NCBI RefSeq assembly: GCF_000143415.4
Contig: NW_003314409.1
Coordinates: 1 to 64,000, forward strand
DNA: 64,000 nucleotides
Source: Selaginella moellendorffii
Lineage: Eukaryota > Plantae > Lycopodiophyta
Direction: 5' to 3'
Below, piece by piece: positions 10,599-23,520 of this stretch. The translations under genes were made by a program, and so were the position numbers. The notes beneath the pieces were generated by a model. It was not told the DNA's origin and did no database searches. It saw nothing but the letters and a program-made list of their open reading frames with translations. Each line of letters opens with the position of its first letter. Positions within the stretch are counted from its first letter, which is position 1.

Positions 10599-13500
10599 AT
10601 GTACAAACAGAAACCAGACCCAATCAAGATCCGAGAAAGAGATCTTCGACAAAAGAATCGAGAAGTGAAAAAGGAAGAGGTAGTAAAAGAGAAATTAGAA
10701 CAACAACAGCAACAAATTTTAGAAACGATTTTAAACAAATATGACAAAGAGGATAAACAAATTCAAGTTGCCGAGTCGAGCAACCTAGTTAAAGATAACA
10801 AAGAACTGAATATCAAAGACACCCCAGAGTTTGAGACATTTGAAGAAGTAGAATGCACAGCACCAGATTACTCAAATCCGGACTCGCCAGAACAACAACT
10901 CAACCAACAAAGTCTACAACCGCCTATGGCAATCATTAATCCGATGAGTACAATTGGAAGCATGGTTACATATCCAATTTTCACAGGAAGTAAAATAGAA
11001 GATTCAGAATTACATGTAAAACAATTCAACTAGATTGTCAAAATGAACAATCAAGAACAGCATCAAGACATACTTTTCCCATACACACTTAAAGGAAAAG
11101 CTCTTGAGTGGTATAATACTCTAGAGGATTCTGTACCACATGACGAGAAACTTGAACAATTCAAGGAACAATTCCCAGCTGGAGGAACACCAGAGGAGCA
11201 TTATGAACACATTAAGAATATAAAACAGCGACCAAGGGAAGGAATTCAAGACTATATTAGATGATTCAAATTACATGCAAAGAAATGTAAAGATCTCATT
11301 ACTGACAAAGGCAAGAGTTTGTCTTATATACAAGGATTACGAGAAGCCTATTACAACATGATTGCATTGGTTGATACACCAAATGAAGAAAGTGTTGATG
11401 CACTATCTCAAAGAATCTTAAAACTTGAGAAACGGTTTAAGCAGTTCACTAAAGGTGAATCTTCACATGTTAACGATGACTCGGATGATGAAGAGGAAGA
11501 AATACTAATTAGGACCAAAAAGAAACAGACACAGGGAAAAGACATTAAACATGTATTGAAGAAGATAGCTTCAACGGAACTTAAACAAGGAGCCTTTTGT
11601 ACAAAATGCAAAAATGAAAGACATTCTGTTTCAAACTGTAAATTCCAATTACCCAAATGTCAAATTTGTGATAGAGAAGGACATATAGCCAAGAATTGTC
11701 GATATAGGAATACCACCGAAGTTTCAAGAGTAGAAAATGTTCAATGAGGAACACCATGACAAAATTATCAAGGAAACAACAATCAAGAACAGAGACCACC
11801 AAGAAACTATTATTATCAAGATAATCAACAATATAATCAAGGATATAATCATGGATATAATCCCCCACAAAATCAAGACTATAATCAAGGACAAAATGAT
11901 TATAGAAGCAATTACAACCAACAACAATACAATGGACACCAAAACAATTATCAACATCCCCAATGGAACAACTACAACCAAAGCCAACAAAGGCAATATA
12001 ACAATTACAACAATCAAGCCTCGCAACAGCATTATCAACCAAGACAAAATCAACCATAAGAAAATCAAATTCGACAACAATACAATCCACAAAACCAAAG
12101 AGTCAATCAACCTCCTATTGGAAGACCACCAGCAGCACGAGTAGTTCAAGCAGAAGTTGAAGAACAACTAATGACTGAAGAACCAGAAGTTTTGGCAATC
12201 ACTAGAACACAATATGAATGTCAACAACCTGATAATTATGAAGAACAAGATGAAAGTGATCACGCGATAGAAATCGAGAATACTGAGTGGAAAAAGAGTA
12301 AGAAAATACTTAACACCATTCAACAAGAGCTTCAAAACAAAGATCCCAAAATTATTAATGATCAAATATACAATCAAGATGACCAAACTCAAGTATTAAG
12401 CTTTACTCAAGATGAGCATATAACCATTGTTGAGCACATACTACAGTAGGGAATTACTTTAACCCTACAACAAATACTGCAAATAGCACCATATATGAAA
12501 GACCAAATCTTGAAGATCTGTAATCGAAGGATCCCTGAAGCTTGCACACAAGAAAAACACCAATCTCAACCAACACAACAAGAACAAGCTGACAGAATCC
12601 AACCTGGTGATTATGATGATAATGTACCTTGTATCAACGTACACATCGGCAAAAATCATATTGAAAGAGCTATCCTTGATGGAGGTTTTGGGGTTAATAT
12701 CATCGAATATGCACTATGCAAAGCTTTAGGATTGGGCAATATACAAGCTGCACCATTCAATGTACGCATGGCTGATCAAAGAGTTGTCAGACCAGCAGGC
12801 ATCATTCGTAATGTCTCTATAACAGTCAAAGGACATAATTTAAAGTTAACTTTGTTGTGTTAAAAATGCCGATTGAAGAATCTTCTTACGAAATCTTGTT
12901 AGGCAGACCTTGGCTTAACAAAGCTGTTTCTGCACAGTATGGGATGGAACATGAGATATGTATCCAATCCCAACAAGGACAAACTAAAATATCAACATTG
13001 ACAAGCAAGAAAATCTCAAGAAGTTTCCGACTAACACAAGTTCAAGAATACAATTGGCAAGAAGGCTTAGACGATCTTGAAGAAGCTAAATTATTTGAAG
13101 CATATCCTGAACTTAAGGCAATTCAAGAAATTGACCTCAACAGGATACTCCCTATAACCAAGTGTCAAGACTATGAAGATTCAAAATAACCTCATTTAAA
13201 GAAGAAACATACAACAAAAACTACCGTACAAAAAGCAAGACCAGCGATACAACCCGAACAACTACAAACTACGGAATATCACCTAGATATACAAGACGAA
13301 TCCACACTCACCACTGAAAATCAAGAATTCAAACTTCGGGTAAATATCAATGAAGATATTGAAGAATTAAATCTAGGGGTTCCCTCAAACCCACAAAACA
13401 TCTTAATAGCTACAAAACTCGACAAACCATTTAAACTTGAGGCAATTACGCTCCTTACTAAGTATAAAGATGTCTTTGCGTGGTCATATAAAGACCTCAA

Positions 13501-16130
13501 GGGTATACCACCTGAATTATGTACACATCAAATCGAATTACTTCCAGGAGTTCGACCCATTAAACAAATTGTTTACCGGATGAATCCAACATTCGCTGAG
13601 AAAGTAAAAGCTGAAATTAACAAGCTCCTTGAAGCAGGATTCATATATCCAATACAAAATGCCCAATGGCTATCACCTTTAGTCATTGTACCCAAGAAAA
13701 ATGGGAAATTACGTATCTGTGTAAACTACAAGAAGTTAAATGATGCCACAACGAAAGATGCCTTTCCCATCCCATTTTTAGATGAAATACTTGATGCCGT
13801 TGCCGGACATGAGATGTACTCATTTCTTGACGGTTTTTCAGGCTACAATCAAGTACATATAGCTGTCGAGGATCAACATAAAACAGCTTTCATAAGTCCA
13901 TGGGGACATGCGAATGCCATTTGGATTAACCAATGCCCCATTTACATTTCAATGGATCATTACTGATACCTTCCAAGATTATTTCACAGATTTCATGCAA
14001 GTTTTTATGGATGACTTTAGTGTCTTTGGACCTAAAGACAAACACCTCGAATACCTCAAGAAATGTTTTATCAAATGCAGACAAAACCAAGTTGCTCTGA
14101 ATCCTGAAAAATGTACTTTCTTTGTTAAATCACTTGGCCACATTGTTTCCACTCAAGGCATTCAAATCGATAAAGCTAAAACCGACGTCATTATGAAAAT
14201 GCAACCACCTCATGATCTTAAAAGCTTGCGCAGTTTTCTGGGCAAGATGGGTTACCATAGAAGATTTATCAAAGACTATGCCCAAGTCGCTACACCATTA
14301 ACTGAGTTACTTAAGAAAGACAAATTCTATCACTGGACTCAAGAATGCCAGCAAGCATTCTTGATACTTAAAGAAAAACTTATACAGACACCAATTCTGG
14401 TCCAACCAAACTGGACTTAAGAATTTCTCGTACAAGTTGATGCTTCTGACTATGCGCTAGGAGCAATTCTGTGCCAAAGAAAAGATGATCATCGTGATCA
14501 CCCAATATATTATGCAAGTCGACGACTTTCTCCACTTGAAATGAATTATACAACCACAGAAAAAGAAGCCTTAGGCATGATATATGCCTTGACCAAATTC
14601 CGACATTATTTACTTTCCAACAAAGTCAAAATATTCGTTGATCATCAAGCATTGATTCATCTACTCAACAAACCCATCCTTAGCGGACGAATAGCAAGAT
14701 GGTTTTTGTTATTACAAGAATTCAATTTTGAAATAGTTCACAAACCAGGCAAATACCATGAACAAGCTGATCATCTCAGTAGAATTACAACCAGAGAAAA
14801 TATACAAGACCCCAATGATGACTTACCTGATTCACATCTTTTTAAGATTACCACCCACGATACACTTCAAGAAAGCTTTAATTATTTAACAACTACAACA
14901 GTTCCCACATCATGTACCACGCAAGATCAAAGGAAACAATTCGTCTTGAGGACACGATGATACTCAGTCGTTGGAGGAAGACTCTATAGAATTGGACATA
15001 ATAATATATTAAGAAGATGTGTACATTCACAAGAAGAGATACACACGTTACTAGAAGAAGCCCATGCAGGTTGCTCTAGAGGGCATTTTGCAGAAGAAAT
15101 TACAACAAGGAAAATATTGCAAGCAGGCCTATGGTGGCCTACATTATGGAAAGACACTTCACAATTTTGTCAAACTTGTGATATTTGTCAACGTACACAA
15201 TTTCCACCCAAGAAACAAACACAAGAACTGAATCCGACTATAGCAATGGAACCTTTCCAAAGATGGGGCCTAGATTTTGTAGGACCCATACAAAAGAGCA
15301 GAAATGGAAATCAATATATTTTGGTAGCAACAGATTATATGACAAAATGGGCAGAAGCCCAACCACTCAAGAAAGTGACAACAAAGAATACAGCAAAGTT
15401 TCTTTATGAAACGATTATCACAAGATATGGATTACCTCGAGAAATAGTAACGGATAGAGGAACACATTTCCTCGATGAAACAGTCAAGATTTTACTAGAC
15501 GAATTTTTCATCAAACATAAGAAATCTACACCATATTATCCGCAAGGCAACGGCCAAGCCGAATCCACAAACAAAACACTCAAGAATATACTGAAGAAAA
15601 TAGTGCAAACCAATCTTAAAGATTGGGATAATAGAGTTTATGATGCTCTTTGGGCTTATAGAACAGCATATAAAGTTTCAACAAATTCAATTCCATTCAA
15701 ATTAGCTTATGGACTTGAAACTTTGACACCACTAGAATATACTGTACCATCCTTGAGAATGGCAATTCAGCTGCAAATTAATCAAGAAGAATCAATCAAG
15801 AAAAGATTGGCTATGCTAGAAAAGTTAGATGAAGAAAGATTATATGCTTTATGGACAATTGAAGCCATACAAGCAAGGAGAAAAGCTTATCACGATAGAA
15901 AACAGACTAAAAAGAAAACTGATAAATTTGAAGTTGGAAATTTTGTTCTATGGTATAGAGGAAATGTTGACAAAATCGGAGGCAAATTGGTACATCAATG
16001 GGAAGGACCATTCAAGATCACAAGTATGCAAACACCTGGCACAGCTTATTTAGCAACACTCGATGATGAAGAAATACAAATAGTTAATCTCAACAAATTG
16101 AGAAAATATCAAGAACCAAGTATAGCGTAT
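10599..16130 (+). pseudogene. gag-pol (two CCHC knuckles, protease, RT, RNase H, integrase)
   Basis: CTKCKNERHSVSNC and CQICDREGHIAKNC; ILDGGFGVN; FLDGFSGYNQ and FMDDF; NYTTTEKEAL; WGLDFVGP, TDRGTHF, YYPQGNGQAE, WEGPF. In-frame stops at e.g. 11031, 11262, 14418 and 14958. Confidence 0.9.
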
Positions 16131-18436
16131 ATGCAAGCCAAGCACACCATGCTGGAATTGATTACCAATGAAACCGAAACAATATACGTTGTCCACAAAA
16201 CAAGTCCACAACGATTACAAACAACTATACTCAAGCAAAGACTTAGTAAAAATGCAAGAACACAATATGAACAAAACAAAACAGAGTTAGCCCTAACCCT
16301 GACGGCGAGGAAGTGCGCGCTGGAACATCACAAGGGTAAGCTTGAGTTGCAAGCAAATCTTGAGATCACAAGAGTGCTAGAGAGTGATCATCAGCTAGGC
16401 GCTTTCACCCATCTCAAACGAGTGCATCAGATTCTAAGAAACACACCAATCGAGAGAAACAACAAGAAAGCAAGTAGAAAAGAGAGTGCCCACAAAAGAA
16501 GCAAGAAGAGTGTGTTCACGAGAATAGAAAGAGCGCTCATATCTTTTCCTCTATTTGCATCACAGGAACAAGAGTATTCTCAACAGCACCGAAGAGTCGA
16601 CACAATGCGAACCAAGCAAACATCCCAGGCAGAAACCGTCATCCTTTCTCAAAATCTCAAGTGGCAATTCAATGACAATGTCAAGAGTTGGACTTGCACT
16701 CACGGACTCTACAACTTTGCAGAACGAATGGAAGGGTATCTCATGAATCAAGTGAGCAACGAGAAGGCTCACTTGATAGCTCTCGCCACTGGCCAGGTTG
16801 GACTTGAAGATTCGGAGGTGGCAGCAGCTCTATGTCTCCTAGACGAAGGCGAGCCAGTCTCTGCTCCACGCACACGGGCTTTAAGTCACGACATCATGAA
16901 AGATCCCGAGAGCTACAACTCGGCGCTTAGTTTGCAATTCTCCAACGTCAAGGACGAGCTCTACAAAATATTCAAGTTCCTTGTTCTCAACCTGGAATTT
17001 CGGAAGACTGCTACGACAGTGAGCAGATCCGTGGCCTTCATTTACGAGGATCTTCAAGCTGGGAAGAAAGTGGATTTAGCAGGATATGTGATCCCGAAGT
17101 TTCACAGGGAACTTAAGAAGGTGGCAGGAGAACTTAACGCGAAGAAATGTGTGAGGACACTGGTACTACCGTATGTCCGAGCCATCATCACGCACAGAAG
17201 TCAAGTCCACCACCTCTGCTTCCGCAGCACGTAGCCACAAAAAGTTCAAAACGCCACGCTGAAGAACACTTGGTGAACACCAAGAGGAAAAAGGTCCAGC
17301 AAAAGACAGTAGCAACTCCACGAAGAAAGACACGGGGACAAGGCCGAAGAAACGTTGCGCCTCCACAGATTGATAGTGACGACAGTGATGTGCAAACAAT
17401 CCAGCACATGGTGCCGAGACAACAACCAACGAGAACCTCTAGATCCAAAACAAAACAGCAGCAGAGTTCGGCACCTACACAGCCATCAACAAGGAGCTTG
17501 CAGCCTCCTAGCTCACCGCAGCCGGATTTGCCACCATCACCACTGCAGGAACCGGCACAACCTCTGTCTCCAGGTACAACAATTCCAGTGGATGATCACA
17601 TTTCGCTGACGCAGGATATTCTTGGAAATCCTGAGACGGTTACAAATCCACCATCCGTTGAGCAGGGGCACAACACTTTTTACGAACCACCCATGGAGCA
17701 AACTGCCGAGCAACACCAGCCTCAGCAGCAGCAGCCTCCACCGTTGCAGCCCGTCGAGCAGCACCAACATTCGTTGCCACAGCCTGCTGAGCAGCCATCT
17801 TCACCACACTAGCGTGCTGAGGAGCAGCCATCTTTGCCGCAGCAGCCAACCGAGCTACAGCAGCCAGCTGAGCCGCAACAGACATTTGCTCCAGACACCA
17901 CTGCCGACAACATGCAGCCGTGTCGTTCAACAATGCAACGCCAATTTCATCACGAGCGCGTGAACAACAAGCGCCACCACTACAATTTGGAGCAGCAGGA
18001 GCATCATCATCAGGACCAGCAGCAGCCGAAAGTGATCCGTCCCATGCCTACAAACTTCCTAGAGCAGTATCATAACTCCAACATGGCAGTGTACACACGG
18101 GACGGAATGGAGAGCTTCTTCTGCAATGTTTTTGCACGCCCACACGAGGAGAAAATGGCGAGCATGGCTCAGGAACTCGATCAGGTAAAGGGAATCCTTC
18201 GCACTATACAGGCTCACGGACTCCCAACACCAAACACCTGCCGAGAATCTTTCGAGTTAGCGCAGCAGTACCAACTCGAGAATGCCTGCCTCACCAAAGA
18301 GAACATGGAGCTCAAGGCCCGACTACAGGTGCTCGAGACTGCCATAAAGAACTACACCCGTGATGAGCTTGAGGACTACGAGGAAGAACCAGAGGCTAAC
18401 ACCACAACTGCTACTACCACCACAATGGAAGCTTGA
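16130..18436 (+). pseudogene. Extra coding region 3' of integrase, in frame with INT, then P/Q-rich and coiled-coil segments
   Basis: ORF 15117-17234 continues ~370 aa beyond the GPF motif. Followed by ORFs 17147-17812 and 17834-18436. Confidence 0.6.
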
Positions 18437-18471
18437 GCTGCAGGAGCTGCTCAACTCTAGTTGTTGGAGAG

Positions 18472-18875
18472 TAGAGAGGTACATGCATTTTGCATTGTGA
18501 TTTTCGCACAAAGGCATTTCCTGAGTCAGGAATTGAGATTAGGATTTCTCCCGGTCTAAATTCTTGACTTGGATGACTGGGCATGTAGTGGTTCTATAGG
18601 CTGGTGATAGCACGCCAGACCTATCCCCTTTCTGTTTTTTTATATCCTTGGCCATAATAACATACACTCCACTTGCTCAATATCTACTCTTCTCTTCCAT
18701 GCCTATCTTACTCACTGCCTTCTGGGGATCAAGGCTGTGAGATGTGCATCAATCTCAGCATCAACATCTTTGCAACAGCACATGGCTAAGTATTTCTTTC
18801 CTTTTTATGTTTGGATCTAGTTTAGATTAGAGAGGATTCACAAGATCATTGTAGAGGTGATTTTGTAGTTCTCCA
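18472..18875 (+). repeat. 3' LTR (TA...CA)
   Basis: Direct repeat of 7791-8194. Confidence 0.92.
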
Positions 18876-19408
18876 ACTTCCTATCCCAAGTTGGCAGTTC
18901 AGTTAAGTTGCGTCAAACTTGTGGCTTATGTAGGCAATAGGACAGCAGTCTTGCACCAAGACAGCTCCTATACCCTCATCACTAGCCTTGTTAATGAAAG
19001 TATGTGTAGCACCAGAGTCAAAGAGGACACTGAGCACTTGGCTATGCACAACTCATTGCATAAACAACTGTACAGCTCAGATGAGTTGATACAATTCTTC
19101 TTCACTCCTTCAGAAAGCTTAGTGACAGCAGTGTCAGCTAGAACACGAGTAGATACATTCTCTCCTTGGTCCACACTGACACCCATGGCCTCAATAGGAT
19201 CAGAAAGAGAAAAGGACTCATAAGCCATATCCTTTGAATGCATAGACTCCATAGTGTGATCCTTAGCCTTCTACCACAAGTGGCTTATCACAAGCAAATA
19301 TTTGTAGAATATACATGATTGCTTTAACCGCTCAAACACTTCTTGACACTTTCACCCCACACCAACTTAGCATGCTTGGTGGTGTTTCGAAGAATATCCA
19401 CCAAAGAA

Positions 19409-22400
19409 GCTCTATTTCGTTAAAGTGGGATTTATTCAGTAAAATGGGACTAGGTACAAATTTTTAAGTATTTGAAAATGACGTGAAATTATATGTTTTT
19501 TGTCCAGGGGCTAGACATATCTGGGGCATAGTGACTAGCGCGATGACTTTGTGTCCAGACTGAGTCCATTTGGTTGTATAATAAATCTCATTGTCAAAGT
19601 GAACAAGCCGAATCTGAAGCTAAAGAAGAGTGATGGCATGCGCGCACACACTATTTGTTTGTTCATTGAGCGTGTGGTGAGCTTTCCAAGATGAACGTCA
19701 TTCTTATTAGCCAGACATATAACTTAATGGTGAGAACATTTAGATATTATTCAATGTTATCTTTTTCTAACGAATCTAATTGTGAAGGTGTAGCAAGAGG
19801 CATTGCTAGTCTGGAGAAGTCATTTAACTCATTTGACCCTTAGTGTATTTTCATGAAACTAAATAACATTCATATTATTAAGGAATTTCTCTAGTACCTT
19901 TTTTTTACGACATAGAGGCTTGCATTTCTTTCAAAGGTGATTTAGTAAAAGGCCTGAGGGCACATGCCATTCTATTTCTCAGACCGGTATTAAGATATAC
20001 TAGTGCAAAGGGAAAAAGGTATTTGGTGATCAAGTAAATGGCATGAGGGCACATGCCATTATAAGCCTAAGTGCTAGTGGACACCTCCTTTTTGGTACTC
20101 TCAGCGGTACTATCATCCTTCTCCGGGTCAGTTGTTTTGCTTTGGATTGTTGTCTCTGACGTTACTGGAGCGTTCTCGATAGTTGTTAATGTTGCCGTTT
20201 GTTCAGAAAAATGATCACCTGGAGTATAGTACGGGGAGTTTGGAAGACTTATATATTCTACATCTTCACCTATCTCCTTCTCCGTCTCCTTTTCTGCCTC
20301 ACTTACAGATTTTGTGCTTGCCATGAGAACGCTCTTCACCCTAAAATATGGAGTTCGTTGTGTTATAAAAGGAAACCAACACACACGCTGCAAGGGAATG
20401 ATGGTACATAAAGCACGTAAGCCCACAATATGGGTTTATGTGCCATTAATATAGGCCACACGCCATATTATTAGATTTATGCACGTGTGATTGGTAAATG
20501 CATATGTCACATCATCTTTGTTTTACCTCACACACTATATCAGGCCTAATGAACCATATCACATGTGCGCACATGCTATATATATGGAGAAGTATTATGC
20601 AAGGATAGAAATTCAATGCATGATTGTGGAGAGCAATGGCATGAAGCCACATGCTAAATAACATTTTAGAGAAAGAATTAAAATAAAAACATGCAAACAG
20701 TACTGAGTGGACCAAGACTTAGAAGTGCACAATTGAATGAGGTATTTCTAATAAATATTTCACTCACCTCATATAGGAATGGCTACCACTCTCAAATGGC
20801 GTATCACCTCATACCATCACCTCGCAATTTGTTATAACAATCCGATGAATTCATATTCGGCTTGTTCACCTTGAACTTTAAGTAAGATTTGCTAGAACAA
20901 CTAAGAATTTATACTTGTTATTTGTATCATCTCACCTAGGAATGGCGTAAGGCCACATGCCATCACGCCTCCTCTGATTCAGATTCGGATTGTTCACCTT
21001 GAAATAAAATACATTAGAAACTTAGTAAAGGAATATTAATGAATCTCACCTTGAACCCGGGTTATGAATGCTCTTGCTGCATCTCTTGCATGGTCTGGCA
21101 AGGTGATGGTGGCACTCTGCTTTCGCATCCAACCATGCACAACATTATCCACCGATATGCTCATGCTGGGATCCCTTGGATTCAGCACCCATCTCTTTTC
21201 TAGGCAATCCTTCGTATATCCGGAACTTGGCTTGAACCACTCCACAGTTACATTGAAGGAGTTAGTTTCCGCGTCCTCCTCTACATCAGTGATGCAGCGC
21301 CCCACCCATATCATTTGTTTTTTATTACTGGGTCTGACAAGCACGACCATTCCTTTGCAGACCTGTACTGGATTGAATGCTGAATCCGGCTTCTTGTTCC
21401 TCGGCCCACAATAGTGATCCTCAACATCGTTATCTGTCACTGCATTTCCAGAGGACATTGTTCCGCTACTATCTGGTGCTCTGGGTTCTGGCCAAAAGGA
21501 CTCTTCCAATTCTTCATATACAACCGGCCCATTTTGGATAGCAGATATAATCTTCTCCCAGTATTCGAGCAAAGGCTTGCACCTCTGAAAATAGGATTCT
21601 CCACCAAACACCAACCCCCTCTTCCAGAAGGCAATATGCTGTCTAATCCCGGCCACTATACTTTCCTGGTCTTTGAGTCCATCCGGGTGCATCGGCCGTG
21701 GGGAACCCTGAGGAATCATAGGTTCCCCAGTTATGGGATCTCTCTTGAAGAGTTCAATGCCGTCCATTGGCAGCCACACTGTGTCCCATTCTCTCATCTT
21801 GTACCTCATCACTGGAGCACCGTCACGCATGCTGAAATGAAACTGAAGAGGCTTGGAGTGGCCAATCAGCGTTTCGGATCCATCCCTGATGTAGCCTCTT
21901 ACAAACCCCTTAAAGTCTGGAACCTTTGTCAGAAGTGCAGCTTCAACAGTGCCTTTGATGCAATTTTGGAATTCATCGTAGATTTGTGGGAGGGTGAGGA
22001 CATTGGATCGCCGGAGGGACTCTGCCAGATGACTGAACATGGCATCGACGTCTTCATGAGTGTGCCCAACCATGAGAAAGCCAAGTGTAACCGTTTCAAA
22101 TATGCCTTTGGCAACAAGCATCGCCAAGTACGCGAAGACGTACATGTTTTTGTTCTCACTGCCAGCATTGTCTGTTTGGAGCAGAAGATGGGGTGGAAGG
22201 CCACATCGGCCGCAAGAACTTCCTTGAGATTCTGCTTCGTTTGGATGAGGCTGTGCATTCACCGGGCGACCAGCCTCGTCGGAATGGCATGAGGCCTCAC
22301 GTGATAACCCTACAATCTGACGGCCAACATATTCACTGGGATGGCATGGGGCCCCACGCGATACTGCAAGCCTTTGCTCCTCCTCCAGCTGAACCCTGTA

Positions 22401-22583
22401 TGGGGTTCGATCGATAAGGGCCTTATGCAAGGGTTGGCCGTTCAGCTCAGTTTGCGCACTTTGCAGAGACCTTAAGTGTTTTGCTAGGGACGCAATCATC
22501 ATGTTTGCACCCCCGCCACCCCATAGAGGTACAAAGAAGTTCCCATAGTTCTGGGCACCATGCCCATGAGTGATTATGCCAAA
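19409..22583 (-). mobile_element. Truncated inverted copy of the Sola1-like transposon (right end plus 3' part of transposase)
   Basis: Near-identical reverse complement of ~60215-63389. Begins with TIR GCTCTATTTCGTTAAAGTGGGA. ORF 21036-22598 matches the C-terminal 520 aa of 59174-61804. Confidence 0.93.
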
Positions 22584-22639
22584 TATGCTGTTTGGCATAA
22601 TCGCATAAGCCTAACATACACTGTTTGGCATAATCGCAT

Positions 22640-23520
22640 AAGCCTTGGGTGCAACACTTGCTTCGGGACACCGGGGCGAAACACCATGGCCTAACGGCCC
22701 GGTATGGGTACCTCTACCCCCCCACTTCTATCCCGAAGGGAAGGCCCAAGCCTCTAGGAAGGGCAAGGACCAATGAGCCACAAGGTACTTAAGTGGGGCA
22801 CCACTCTACATAAGCCGGGAGCACCGCAGTCGGTTTCCCTTTCAGAAGTGGGAGCTGCCCTTGAGCACTTCCTTGGGTGGCCCCTCCAGCACCACCCGAG
22901 TCCATGTTCACTCCCACCCAAGACCCCTCAGCTCCAATATCAACCTCAAGTCAGTTTGGAAGCACCACTGGAGAGTTCCTTCAAGACTGGTTCCTAGACC
23001 TCACTATCCCTACTATACTTTTGGAACCCCCTACAGCCCCCCCCCCCCCCCCCCTCCCTTGCCCCTGGGAGACACACGCTTTGGGCTTTCACCCCTTGAT
23101 CTGTATTAGTACTTGGACTCGGTCTCGGACTCGATCCTCGATCTTGGACTCGATCTTAGACCTAACTTCAGACTCGGTCTCAGCCTCGATCCTCGATCTT
23201 GGACTCGATCTTGGACCCGACTTCGGACTCGATCTCGGACTCGATCTCGGACTCGATCTTGGACTCGATCTTGAACTTGATCTTGGACTCCACCTTGGAC
23301 TCAACCTCGAACTCAGTCTCGGACCCGATCTCAGATCTCAGACTCTGTCTCGAACTCGGTCTTTGAGTCGGCCTCGGACTCGATCCCGGACTCTATCTCG
23401 AACTTGGTCTCAGAGTCGGTCTTGGACTCGATCTCAAACTCGGTCCCATCCGATGAACTCTTTGTCATTTTGGTCATGCTTTCGGGGATCCTTTAGCCTA
23501 CGACACCTCGGAGAGTTAGT
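22640..23520. mobile_element. LTR-like fragment containing a degenerate 6/12-bp tandem repeat (CTCGATCTCGGA)n at ~23115-23445
   Basis: Shares the CACTATCCCTACTATAC..GGAACCCC..poly-C..ACACACGCTTTGGGCTTTCACCCC block with the chromovirus LTR (47261-47337). Confidence 0.55.

Larger units (their letters stand above)
7791..18875 (+). mobile_element. Full-length non-chromovirus Ty3/gypsy LTR retrotransposon (Selgy/Phygy-like by inference), inactivated by stops and frameshifts
   Basis: 404-bp LTRs at 7791-8194 and 18472-18875 (about 15 differences by manual count). TSD ACTTC at 7786-7790 and 18876-18880. PBS present. Domain order gag-PR-RT-RH-INT. Confidence 0.93.

Noticed and set aside
11581-12167. 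Hydrophobic membrane-like ORFs
   Set aside because: Alternative frames of a Q/N/Y-rich gag segment.
16130-18436. env gene
   Set aside because: No signal peptide or transmembrane helix is evident, so it is reported only as an extra ORF.
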